Shown here in pieces: positions 46,181-54,745 of a stretch of DNA of 64,000 nucleotides (position 1 is its first letter; each line of letters starts with the position of its first letter). The stretch is from an uncultured SAR86 cluster bacterium. GTDB taxonomy: Bacteria > Pseudomonadota > Gammaproteobacteria > Magnimaribacterales > D2472. The position numbers were made by a program, and so were the translations under genes. The DNA lies in NCBI GenBank assembly GCA_902596165.1, contig CACJSU010000001.1, positions 65,718 through 129,717 on the forward strand, written 5' to 3'. The notes beneath the pieces are model-generated. The model did no database searches, was not told the origin of the DNA, and saw only the letters and a program-made list of their open reading frames with translations.

Positions 46181-47087
46181 GCTTTAACTCCATTGTGGGT
46201 TGAATCTCTAATCTAGCAAAATATATACCAAGCAATGCTAGGATGACAAAGCTTAATTGAATAAAATTTAGGTACTCATAAAATACTATGGCGCCAAAGA
46301 TAGTTGCAATAATTGGCTGCATTAGCAAACCAATAGATCCAAGGGAAGCTTTGATCTTTGGCAAGCTGTAAGTAATAAAAAACTGGCCTCCGACTTGGCA
46401 CAAGATAGCCATTGCTAATAAATTATAAAATTGCGCTGATGAACTTGGTAAAAACTCTCTTGATTCAAACAAAGCAAATATCAACCCAAACATTCCAGTG
46501 AAAAGTGTGGTGTAGAAAATTATATTAATTGAGCTCTCTTCTCCTAATCGAGAGATAATTAATAAGTAAGTGGCGTATAAAAATGCTGCCATCAAAGCAA
46601 TTCCATCACCCATTAAGGCTCCCTCAGTTTTAATGTTTGAAAAATATATAAGCCCTATAACTCCAACAAAAGTTAAAATAAAAGACAAGACAAATTGTTT
46701 GGAAATTGATTCTTTAAATACTAAGACAGCAAAGATCACCATATAAATCGAGGCGGTATTTACAAAAATCGTTGCATTAGCCACAGAAGTATACTCCAAA
46801 CTCCAATGCCAAGAGCTCATATCCCCTGCAAAAGCGAGAGAGGCAACCAGTACCAGTAATAAATGCTTACGACTTTTTAGCTTAAACGCTTTAGAGCCGT
46901 TGTAATAAAAGTTTATAAGGGCTAAAAATGGAAGAGCTAAGAACATTCGATAGCATAAGTTCCATGAAGGTGATAACTCACTCCATCTTACAAACAATGG
47001 AGCTAATCCAATCAAGCTTCCTCCAAGACACAGGATAAAAAAATTCTGCGCTGACTTTAATTGTGATGACATCAATATATACTTCAT
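46164..47087 (-). CDS. DMT superfamily (EamA-type) transporter
   Basis: 307 aa with about 10 TM helices in two EamA-like halves. Confidence 0.75.
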   Translation of the reverse strand: MKYILMSSQLKSAQNFFILCLGGSLIGLAPLFVRWSELSPSWNLCYRMFLALPFLALINFYYNGSKAFKLKSRKHLLLVLVASLAFAGDMSSWHWSLEYTSVANATIFVNTASIYMVIFAVLVFKESISKQFVLSFILTFVGVIGLIYFSNIKTEGALMGDGIALMAAFLYATYLLIISRLGEESSINIIFYTTLFTGMFGLIFALFESREFLPSSSAQFYNLLAMAILCQVGGQFFITYSLPKIKASLGSIGLLMQPIIATIFGAIVFYEYLNFIQLSFVILALLGIYFARLEIQPTMELKHETQN

Positions 47088-47089
47088 TT

Positions 47090-48451
47090 ATGTGTGCTGA
47101 CATTGTAGAACATGAAGATGAAATTATCTCTGTTGGGCAACTAAACCAACAGGCAAAAAAACTTTTAGAAAATCAATTCAGAGGCGTTTCTGTCCTAGGA
47201 GAAATTTCAAACATGGCTCGCCCCTCCTCTGGGCACATTTACTTTACTTTAAAAGATGAAGAAGGTGCCATTCGCTGTGCCATGTTTAGAAATCAAAATT
47301 TAAGACTAAACTTCGATCCGCAAAATGGTGATCAATGCATTTTAAAAGGACAAGTGAGTCTCTATGCCCCGCGCGGAGATTATCAACTAATTGTTAGTTC
47401 GATGCAGCCTGCAGGAGCTGGAAATCTAATGCATCAATTTGAAGAGCTCAAGAAAAAATTAGACGCGGAAGGTCTTTTTGCTCAAGAAATAAAAAAACAA
47501 ATTCCCATACATCCCAAACACATTGGAGTTATAACCTCAGAATCTACAGCAGCATTTCAAGATATTCTCTCCACTATTCAAAGACGCGCTCCGATCAGCC
47601 AAGTTTCTTTAATCCCTGCAACGGTTCAAGGCGATACTGCCCCTAAGACTTTAATCGATGCTTTGCATAGTGCGTTAAATTACAACAACCTAAATCCTAA
47701 AAATGCTTTTGATGTGATTTTGATATGTCGAGGAGGAGGATCAATTGAAGACTTATGGGCGTTTAATAACGAGAGTCTTGCAAGGGAAATATTTGACTAC
47801 CCTCTGCCTATAATTTCTGGGGTTGGGCACGAGATTGATTTTACCATTACGGATTTTGTTGCCGATCTAAGAGCGCCTACTCCAACAGCAGCTGCTGAAC
47901 TTGTTACAGAATATTATTTTCAACTCCAAGACAGGCTAGAAGAATGGAAAGCAACCCTTGGTCATTTATTGCAAGCAAGATTAACTGAAAAATCTCAGGC
48001 AATTCTCTTTGCCTCACAAAATTTAAAAAGTCCAATCATGATGTTGAAGGAACAATCTCAATCTCTTGATAACGTTGAGATTCGTCTTACAAATATCATG
48101 CAAAGCATTATGAGTGGCGCCAAACAAAACTTCCAATTAGCTGCCAGTCAAGTTTATCATTCAAGCGCATTGCAAAGATTTGATAAACATGAAGATCGCC
48201 TGAAAAATAATCTCTACTCATTGAATTCTCAAATAAAAAATTTAATTGATAAGAAAAAATTAATGCTGGCAGGTTTTAATTCTAATCTCAAAGCAATTAG
48301 TCCTCTGGCTGTTCTTGATAGAGGCTATGCCATAGTCATGAATGAAAATGGGCAAGCCTTAAAATCCTCAAAGGACCTTAAGGTTGGTGAAAGTGTAACT
48401 GCTCGTCTTGCAGATGGAGGATTTAGTGCAAATGTTTCAAAAAAAGATTAA
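47090..48451 (+). CDS. xseA: exodeoxyribonuclease VII large subunit
   Basis: OB-fold N-terminus (ISVGQLNQQAKKLLE...GEISNMARPSSGHIYFTLKD) and a catalytic core (RGGGSIEDLWAFN, SGVGHEIDFTI). Start moved from the listed 47063 to the ATG at 47090, because the longer form would overlap the divergent DMT gene. Confidence 0.9.
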   Translation: MCADIVEHEDEIISVGQLNQQAKKLLENQFRGVSVLGEISNMARPSSGHIYFTLKDEEGAIRCAMFRNQNLRLNFDPQNGDQCILKGQVSLYAPRGDYQLIVSSMQPAGAGNLMHQFEELKKKLDAEGLFAQEIKKQIPIHPKHIGVITSESTAAFQDILSTIQRRAPISQVSLIPATVQGDTAPKTLIDALHSALNYNNLNPKNAFDVILICRGGGSIEDLWAFNNESLAREIFDYPLPIISGVGHEIDFTITDFVADLRAPTPTAAAELVTEYYFQLQDRLEEWKATLGHLLQARLTEKSQAILFASQNLKSPIMMLKEQSQSLDNVEIRLTNIMQSIMSGAKQNFQLAASQVYHSSALQRFDKHEDRLKNNLYSLNSQIKNLIDKKKLMLAGFNSNLKAISPLAVLDRGYAIVMNENGQALKSSKDLKVGESVTARLADGGFSANVSKKD

Positions 48452-49229
48452 GGGCTTCAGTCTGCTAACTTTCTTTAGCTTGGTAAGCATGCAAACTTTT
48501 GCAAATGGTTTATTCGAGGGTCAGAGTGGAGAAATCATATCAATTCCAGCCGCGGCTCAAGAAACATCTGATGTCTTAATTTTTAAAACTTCTTCAGGGG
48601 CAAAGCAATTGGTAAGCCTACCTTTCGTAAAACAAGATCTTGTGATTACCAGACACCATGTAGATGTAAAAGTAAATTGGGTGAACTTTGGAGAGTCGAG
48701 AATTACTATTGCCGATGAAAGCAAGGTTACCTTAAGCAAAGAAGATCAAGCTAGAGCAAATAAAGAGGCCATAGAAATTAGAACTGCCTTAAGCAATTCC
48801 ACAAGAGAGATTACTCCTTCTTTTGATTTTGTTGCTCCGGTTCCAGGAATTGTGACATCACCATTTGGCAAGCAAAGATTTGTAAATGGGCTACCTAGAT
48901 CAGCTCATCTTGCTCTAGATCTTCGCGGGAGTGTTGGAACATCCATTGTTGCTCCACTAAAAGGCAAGGTAGTTTTAATTGGTGATTATTTTTATACCGG
49001 TTTAACCTTAATCCTTGACCATGGGCATGGTCTGTTTTCATCTTATGCGCATATGAGCAAGATAAAAGTAAAGCTTGGTGACTTAGTGCAGCAATCTAAT
49101 GAAATAGGCTTGGTCGGAGCCACCGGTCGAGTAACAGGACCGCATCTTCACTGGACGGTTTATTTTGATGGAAATAAAGTCAACCCAGAGTCTTTAATTC
49201 AAGATGGGTATTTGAACTCCATTTTGTAA
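48432..49229 (+). CDS. M23 family metallopeptidase
   Basis: Signal peptide MFQKKIKGFSLLTFFSLVSMQTFA and zinc motifs (HLALDL, GATGRVTGPHLHW). The start is taken at the internal ATG at 48432. Confidence 0.85.
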   Translation: MFQKKIKGFSLLTFFSLVSMQTFANGLFEGQSGEIISIPAAAQETSDVLIFKTSSGAKQLVSLPFVKQDLVITRHHVDVKVNWVNFGESRITIADESKVTLSKEDQARANKEAIEIRTALSNSTREITPSFDFVAPVPGIVTSPFGKQRFVNGLPRSAHLALDLRGSVGTSIVAPLKGKVVLIGDYFYTGLTLILDHGHGLFSSYAHMSKIKVKLGDLVQQSNEIGLVGATGRVTGPHLHWTVYFDGNKVNPESLIQDGYLNSIL

Positions 49230-49664
49230 GTCTTTGTATACCAATGACAAACTCGCCTCATCCTGAGGCTTTAAACTAGCAAAAACAATCTCTCCAGCTG
49301 GTGAGATAAAATAAGTTGCTGGAAGTGTTTTGGGGGTTTGAATGCCCCACACAGTTTTTGGGTGGGTGATAATGGAGGGATAGGTAATACCAAATTTTTT
49401 GATTTGTGGTCGCAAATCCTCAGCGTCAAGTCGATCAAAATTAAATGCAAAAACCTCAACCTCAGGATGCTTTTTTGAAAAAGAAACTATTTCGGGTATT
49501 TCTTTTATACAGGGTGGACACCAATCTGCCCAATAATTTACCAAAACCCACTTACCGCTGAAGCTGGATGAAAAGATTGGCCTTGAATCGAAAATTTCTA
49601 CATCTCCCTTCTCACAAGAAACTAGAAAAAGACAAAATAAAGTTAATGGTAATTTAAATTTCAT
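49194..49664 (-). CDS. TlpA-like thiol:disulfide oxidoreductase lipoprotein
   Basis: Lipobox LFLVSC and thioredoxin motif WADWCPPC; 156 aa. Its 3' end overlaps the convergent M23 gene by 36 nt. Confidence 0.8.
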   Translation of the reverse strand: MKFKLPLTLFCLFLVSCEKGDVEIFDSRPIFSSSFSGKWVLVNYWADWCPPCIKEIPEIVSFSKKHPEVEVFAFNFDRLDAEDLRPQIKKFGITYPSIITHPKTVWGIQTPKTLPATYFISPAGEIVFASLKPQDEASLSLVYKDLQNGVQIPILN

Positions 49665-49693
49665 GTTTTATAGTATTGCAAAAGGAAACTATT

Positions 49694-50287
49694 ATGCATC
49701 AAAAATATCTTCTTATCTTATTTTATTCAGCAACGGGGGCTGTAAATAATTTGGCTCACGCTATAGCTGATGGCGCAGAAAAAAAAGGGCTTGAAGTGAA
49801 GATAAGGACAGTTCCAAAAGTCTCCACTGTAGCTGAGGCTACCGAACCAAATTTACCAGATAAAGGTGAAATTTACTGCACAAAAGAAGACCTTGTTAAT
49901 TGCTCTGGATTAGCGCTTGGCTCACCAACCAGATTTGGTTCAATGGCAGCTCCACTCAAATATTTCTTGGATTCAACAGGAGATGTATGGTCAAACCATG
50001 AATTAGAAAATAAACCTGGTTGTGTTTTTACATCAACAGGATCTCAACATGGCGGTCAAGAAATTACACTGTTTAATCTAATGACTTACATGCTGCATCA
50101 AGGCATGATTTTTGTTGGTTCTCCTTATTCCATCCCCGAGCTTAATAGCACCAAAAGTGGCGGAACTCCATATGGACCATCTCATGTAGCCAACACAAAT
50201 AAATCTGGAGGCCTTACTCCAGATGAAAAAGAAATAGCTATCGCAACGGGTGCTCGAATAGCGGAGCTAATACTAAAATTAAAATGA
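49694..50287 (+). CDS. wrbA: NAD(P)H:quinone oxidoreductase, WrbA type
   Basis: Flavodoxin-like start (LILFYSATGAVNNLAHAIADGA) and GSPTRFGSMA. The ATG at 49694 is preceded by an AAGGAA SD. The listed TTG at 49676 is less likely. Confidence 0.85.
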   Translation: MHQKYLLILFYSATGAVNNLAHAIADGAEKKGLEVKIRTVPKVSTVAEATEPNLPDKGEIYCTKEDLVNCSGLALGSPTRFGSMAAPLKYFLDSTGDVWSNHELENKPGCVFTSTGSQHGGQEITLFNLMTYMLHQGMIFVGSPYSIPELNSTKSGGTPYGPSHVANTNKSGGLTPDEKEIAIATGARIAELILKLK

Positions 50288-50610
50288 ATCTCAACAAAAG
50301 CTTCCTAATGTTGATCAGTGCTCTGCTTATAACGCATTTATTGCAAGGACTATCAGTAGGGACTCCTTTAATAGGTATATTTGTTTGGTCGCTACCTCTT
50401 ATATTCTTTGGATATAAAGCCTATAAAAGCCCATCAGCAAAGCTCTATCAGATCTTTGGATTTATTATTTTAATCTACTTTATGAGCGCTTGCCTTATTG
50501 TATTTGGTTTGCCAAATGCTAGCTTGTTAAGTTGGTTGGAGTTAATTGAAATAGTTGCTGTGTTTTTAGTGGCAGTCTACGCCGCACGCGAACAACTAAA
50601 TGTAAAGTAA
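50284..50610 (+). CDS. small 3-4 TM membrane protein (DUF2069-like), coupled to wrbA
   Basis: 108 aa with a 4-nt overlap with wrbA. The family call rests on memory of the wrbA-DUF2069 pairing in gammaproteobacteria. Confidence 0.4.
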   Translation: MNLNKSFLMLISALLITHLLQGLSVGTPLIGIFVWSLPLIFFGYKAYKSPSAKLYQIFGFIILIYFMSACLIVFGLPNASLLSWLELIEIVAVFLVAVYAAREQLNVK

Positions 50611-50636
50611 ACTTGACAGTCAAGTAAACTTTACAT
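50600..50636. repeat. 37-bp near-perfect palindrome spanning the stop codon of the DUF2069-like gene
   Basis: ATGTAAAGTAAACTTGAC-A-GTCAAGTAAACTTTACAT. The 18-nt arms have 2 mismatches and the core ACTTGACAGTCAAGT is perfect. Confidence 0.7.
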
Positions 50637-50641
50637 ATTAT
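50613..50641 (+). promoter_or_regulatory. near-consensus sigma70 promoter (TTGACA-N17-TATTAT)
   Basis: TTGACA at 50613-50618, an exactly 17-nt spacer, then TATTAT at 50636-50641. The predicted start near 50648 falls at the first arm of the downstream 17-bp inverted repeat. Confidence 0.55.
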
Positions 50642-50643
50642 TT

Positions 50644-50731
50644 AAATATAACGTTTGCATCTATGGTCTAAAACTCCCTAGAAGTTCCGCGATCACATCC
50701 TCCATGGTTAAAAAATGCAAACGTTATATTT
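50644..50731 (+). repeat. 88-nt element with perfect 17-nt inverted arms (AAATATAACGTTTGCAT ... ATGCAAACGTTATATTT)
   Basis: Arms at 50644-50660 and 50715-50731 with a 54-nt spacer. CTATGG/CCATGG adds further pairing, and the interior contains pyrimidine tracts CUCCC and CCUCC. It ends 28 nt before the ATG at 50760. Confidence 0.6.
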
Positions 50732-50759
50732 TTATTAGAATTATTGGAGATAAATAAAA

Positions 50760-51218
50760 ATGGCAAAAATTGTTCACAAAGGCATGTGGATTGATATTAA
50801 ATCACTAAATGCAAAAGACAAGAAAAACTTTTTAACTTCTTTGGCATTTGGTTTCATGGCTTCTATTTTGTGGGGAATGCATTTATCACACATTGGTTTT
50901 CTTGGAAATGAACCAATCACAGACTCTTGGATTTCAGAGAATGGACTTCTTTTTATTAGAATTTTAATGATTGTATTTTTTTTAATAGGCGCTTACTTTT
51001 ATAAAAAATTTTATAGCGCTCAAGATGATTTTTATAAAAGCTATCACAACTTTACCTTTGCTGGTGGTGCCTATGGTTTTTTAGTGTTTGGCTCGATCTT
51101 GACTGTATTGGCACCCTATTTTAATTATCAGCCAACTTTTTATGAATTCTTTTTAGCATTTGCAGCTGGTACAGGATTTGGCGGTTATTACTTTTATAAA
51201 AAATATATTGCTGAATAA
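50760..51218 (+). CDS. 4-TM membrane protein of unknown function
   Basis: 152 aa with a GGAGA SD 9 nt upstream and four hydrophobic helices. It is the first gene of the membrane-XRE-membrane cassette. Confidence 0.5.
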   Translation: MAKIVHKGMWIDIKSLNAKDKKNFLTSLAFGFMASILWGMHLSHIGFLGNEPITDSWISENGLLFIRILMIVFFLIGAYFYKKFYSAQDDFYKSYHNFTFAGGAYGFLVFGSILTVLAPYFNYQPTFYEFFLAFAAGTGFGGYYFYKKYIAE

Positions 51219-51222
51219 TTGA

Positions 51223-51423
51223 ATGAAAAATAACCTTAAAGAATTGCGCCAAAGAGAAAACATCAGTCAAGATGATCTGGCTTCAATTCTTAAAGTTAGT
51301 AGGCAAACCATCAACTCAATTGAAACAGGAAAGTTTGATCCATCATTAAAATTAGTCATGAAAATGACCAAACACTTTAACGTTCCTTTGGAACAAATAT
51401 TTATTTATGAGGAAGAAAAATGA
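51223..51423 (+). CDS. short XRE-family (Cro/CI HTH_3) transcriptional regulator
   Basis: 66 aa. NLKELRQRENISQDDLASILKVSRQTINSIETGKFDPSL is a canonical HTH_3, followed by an acidic C-terminal tail. Confidence 0.85.
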   Translation: MKNNLKELRQRENISQDDLASILKVSRQTINSIETGKFDPSLKLVMKMTKHFNVPLEQIFIYEEEK

Positions 51424-51635
51424 TCGCCCTTGTTTTATTAATTATTGCTGGTGTAACCATAGCAATTTGCGGAACTTCAATCATTGCTAAAATTTTTGCA
51501 TTATTTTTCACCCTCCTAGCTTTTATCTTTTCAATGGCTGTGGTGGTATTAACTGTTGCTTTTGTTTTAATTATGCTTTTGATAGCATTGATTGGAGCTA
51601 TCTTTTCAACCCTTTTTAGTTTTTTGATCCTTTAA
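51420..51635 (+). CDS. very hydrophobic 71-aa membrane peptide
   Basis: ATGA overlap with the XRE stop. It has one charged residue (Lys24) in 71 aa and 2-3 predicted TM helices. Confidence 0.5.
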   Translation: MIALVLLIIAGVTIAICGTSIIAKIFALFFTLLAFIFSMAVVVLTVAFVLIMLLIALIGAIFSTLFSFLIL

Positions 51636-51660
51636 TTTTTTATCACTCTGGAGAATATCT

Positions 51661-53490
51661 ATGAACGCACTTAAATCTATTTTTTCTTGGCTTGGCCGAT
51701 TTCTAGAAAAAGCTAGAACAGTAATGCTAAACCTTGGTACAGCCTTTGTTTTGATCTTTTTTACAATCATCATCATTGGAGCCCTTACCTCTTCTGGGCC
51801 TGAGGTAAAAGATCCAAGTGGCAGAGTGCTTTTTATTGATCCTGTTGGAACTGTGGTTGATCAAGAGGTGTTTAATACAGATTTTCTATCGAGCATTGGT
51901 GCTGACTCATCAATGGATCAAATTCAAACAAGAGATCTTATTCAATTAATAAGAGCTGCAGCTGAAGATGAAGAGATTCCTGCTGTGTTTATTGATTTCT
52001 CTGCAACAGGCTTTGCAGGACCTACTACTGCTATCAATATTGCCAAAGAACTAAAAGCACTTCGCGAGTCTGGTAAAAGAGTGATTGCCATGAATGATCG
52101 TCTCTCTACAACCTCTTATCTAATGGCTTCTCAGGCATCTGAAGTATGGGTGCATCCAGTTGGAAGTATAAGTGTCAGAGGTCTTGGTGGAATGCGAAAC
52201 TACAATAAAGATCTTTTCGATAATCTTAAAATTACTATACACAATTACTCTCAGGGAGATTTTAAATCGGCAACTGAAACAAGTTGGAGATCGAGCATGT
52301 CTGATAATGACAGAATGCAAAGAGAGGCCCTGCTCTTTCCTATATGGGATGAGATGAAATCACTTATGGCAGAAGGACGTGGGATTGAATCAGATGATAT
52401 CCAATCTTTTGCAGATGACTACGTTGGATTTTTTGGTGAAGCTGCAATTGGGAATATTGCCTATGCTGAAGCAAACAATATTATTGATGGGACCAAATCA
52501 TTTCCAGAATTTCGTCAATACATGATTGAAGAATTTGGTCTAGATGAGGAAGCTGAAACTGAAACATATAAAACTATTTCCTATAACGAATATGCAAAAC
52601 AAATAGATGAGGAGTTATCAGAAAGTGACAATCATATTGCAGTTATCACCGCAGAAGGTGCAATCATGGAGGGAGAAATAACTCAGGGTGTTGCTGGCGC
52701 CAACGGAGTTGTAAAACAAATCAGATCTGCGCATGAAGATAAAAATACTAAAGCTATCGTATTCAGGGTCAACAGTCCAGGTGGATCTATTATTGCCAGC
52801 GAAATGATGCGAGATGAGCTCTTTGCTGCCAAAGAAAAAGGCATCGATGTGATCGTATCTATGGGTGACTATGCTGCATCTGGTGGGGTATATATATCAA
52901 CTCCAGCTGATTATATTTTTGCAGAACCCACAACGATTACAGGCTCTATAGGTGTGGCAATTGCCCTGCCAACATTAGAAAACGCCATGGATTATATTGG
53001 TGTTAATTTTGATGGTGTGGTTACCTCCAAGCATGGTGGCTGGGATCCAACACAAGCAATCGATGATGACCTAGACAAAATATTTGCGGGCTGGGGCGCC
53101 GATGCATATGATCGATTTGTTAGCTTTGTTGCTGAATCAAGATCTCAATCTTATGAAGATATTAAAGCAATTGCGGGCGGCAGAGTCTGGATTGCAACAA
53201 GCGCTAAAGAGATAGGATTGGTAGATGAGATTGGCGGCATTGATGATGCTATTGCATACGCTGCTAACATGGCAGAATTAGAAGATTATCAAGTTGAATA
53301 TTATGGCCAAGAGCTTTCTCCTGAAGAGCTAATTATTAGAGAATTACTTGAAAATTTTGATGTGTCTGTTGGGGAACCGAAAGTTTTATCAGCGTTGAAT
53401 GGTCTTGCGGATCTCTATGAAACACTAGCAGACATTCAAGAGCCAAAAGCATTATTAACTTGCAAAGATTGTTTGGTGGATCTTGACTAA
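51661..53490 (+). CDS. sppA: signal peptide peptidase SppA, 67K type
   Basis: 609 aa with an N-terminal TM segment and two S49 domains. The second has VNSPGGS and MGDYAASGGVYIS. Confidence 0.9.
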   Translation: MNALKSIFSWLGRFLEKARTVMLNLGTAFVLIFFTIIIIGALTSSGPEVKDPSGRVLFIDPVGTVVDQEVFNTDFLSSIGADSSMDQIQTRDLIQLIRAAAEDEEIPAVFIDFSATGFAGPTTAINIAKELKALRESGKRVIAMNDRLSTTSYLMASQASEVWVHPVGSISVRGLGGMRNYNKDLFDNLKITIHNYSQGDFKSATETSWRSSMSDNDRMQREALLFPIWDEMKSLMAEGRGIESDDIQSFADDYVGFFGEAAIGNIAYAEANNIIDGTKSFPEFRQYMIEEFGLDEEAETETYKTISYNEYAKQIDEELSESDNHIAVITAEGAIMEGEITQGVAGANGVVKQIRSAHEDKNTKAIVFRVNSPGGSIIASEMMRDELFAAKEKGIDVIVSMGDYAASGGVYISTPADYIFAEPTTITGSIGVAIALPTLENAMDYIGVNFDGVVTSKHGGWDPTQAIDDDLDKIFAGWGADAYDRFVSFVAESRSQSYEDIKAIAGGRVWIATSAKEIGLVDEIGGIDDAIAYAANMAELEDYQVEYYGQELSPEELIIRELLENFDVSVGEPKVLSALNGLADLYETLADIQEPKALLTCKDCLVDLD

Positions 53491-53494
53491 TTAA

Positions 53495-54199
53495 TTAAAT
53501 ATTAAGCGTTTCTTTAATCAGAGGGATAGTGATCTTTCTTTTTAAAGAAGCTGCTTGCTTGTCAAGAGCAAGAATATTGTTAACAAGCAATGAAAATTTC
53601 CGCGTCTGATGTTTTATAAGAAACTCTAGCTCAGCCTTCTCTATTTTGATATCTAATTGTTGAGCTACAAAATCAATTGCTTGGTTAAAGAACTCATCAT
53701 GGACAGCATGAAGTTCTATAAACTCCATGCGCTTAATTCTTGATAATAGGTCAGGAAGTTCAGTATTTTCCTCTACAGGCCTAGTTCCGCCAAGAGAGAG
53801 TATTAAACTACAGTTAGATTGCTGGCATTCATTTATAAGATTAAAAAGCGCTGTTTCCCAATCTTCATCTGCCAACATAAGTTCCAGATCATCTATACAA
53901 ACTGCATCTAGGGATGCTAAATTTTGAAATATTTCAGTACCCATATTAAGCGCTTTGTTCATTGGTATAAAAGCAAAATGTTTTCCCGAAGAGCTGAGCT
54001 CATTGCAAATCGCTTGCATTAAAAAAGATTTTCCAGCCCCCTCCTCGCCATGGATAATTAATTCATGGGCATCCTTGCTAATTACAATTTCATTAAGTCT
54101 TGCCATCAGATTCAAATTGCTAGGTGAGCAAAAAAAGCTCTCAAAAGATGCTTTTTGATTAATCTGAAATGGGAAAATAAGCTGAGTTGGTTTATTCAC
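53495..54199 (-). CDS. hda: DnaA regulatory inactivator Hda
   Basis: 234 aa with a DnaA-like AAA+ core (Walker A HGEEGAGKSFL, box VII region). It sits in an hda-purMN type neighbourhood. Confidence 0.8.
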   Translation of the reverse strand: MNKPTQLIFPFQINQKASFESFFCSPSNLNLMARLNEIVISKDAHELIIHGEEGAGKSFLMQAICNELSSSGKHFAFIPMNKALNMGTEIFQNLASLDAVCIDDLELMLADEDWETALFNLINECQQSNCSLILSLGGTRPVEENTELPDLLSRIKRMEFIELHAVHDEFFNQAIDFVAQQLDIKIEKAELEFLIKHQTRKFSLLVNNILALDKQAASLKRKITIPLIKETLNI

Positions 54200-54743
54200 G
54201 ATGTAACTTAGCTGTTAATTTAAACCAATTTAATCCATATAAAAATAAACTGATTAAAGTTATCAAGGCAACTGAAAAATTAATTATGAAATTGACGAAA
54301 TTTAAACCGAAGATAATATCAATAAATACACCAGCTAAATATCCAATATGAACAAAGGTTGTAATTTTTCCAAATATATTTGGATTCGGTGCTGCGGTTT
54401 CATACACCGTCATATGAAATGCTGCCCCCATGATGATTATAAAATCTCTGAGCACAAAGACTGCAAGCACAAAAATAGGAATGTATGAATTCATCCATAA
54501 AATTAAAACGGTTCCAATCAGCAATACTTTGTCGGCAATCGGATCCAGGATCTTGCCTAAATCTGTTTGCCAGTTCATTACTCTTGCTAAATAACCATCA
54601 AGGCCATCTGTTGCAGCAGCAATAACAAAAATATATAAAGCAAAGAGATAGTTTTCTTCAGATATGAATGTAAGCAAAGGGTACATCAGATAGATTCTGA
54701 TGATAGAGAGTAAATTCGGTATAAAAATAAAATATTTACTCAT
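54192..54743 (-). CDS. CDP-alcohol phosphatidyltransferase family protein (PgsA-like)
   Basis: It carries the D-x2-DG-x2-AR-x8-G-x3-D-x3-D motif, read as TDGLDGYLARVMNWQTDLGKILDPIADK; 183 aa. Confidence 0.8.
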   Translation of the reverse strand: MSKYFIFIPNLLSIIRIYLMYPLLTFISEENYLFALYIFVIAAATDGLDGYLARVMNWQTDLGKILDPIADKVLLIGTVLILWMNSYIPIFVLAVFVLRDFIIIMGAAFHMTVYETAAPNPNIFGKITTFVHIGYLAGVFIDIIFGLNFVNFIINFSVALITLISLFLYGLNWFKLTAKLHRE

Positions 54744-54745
54744 TG

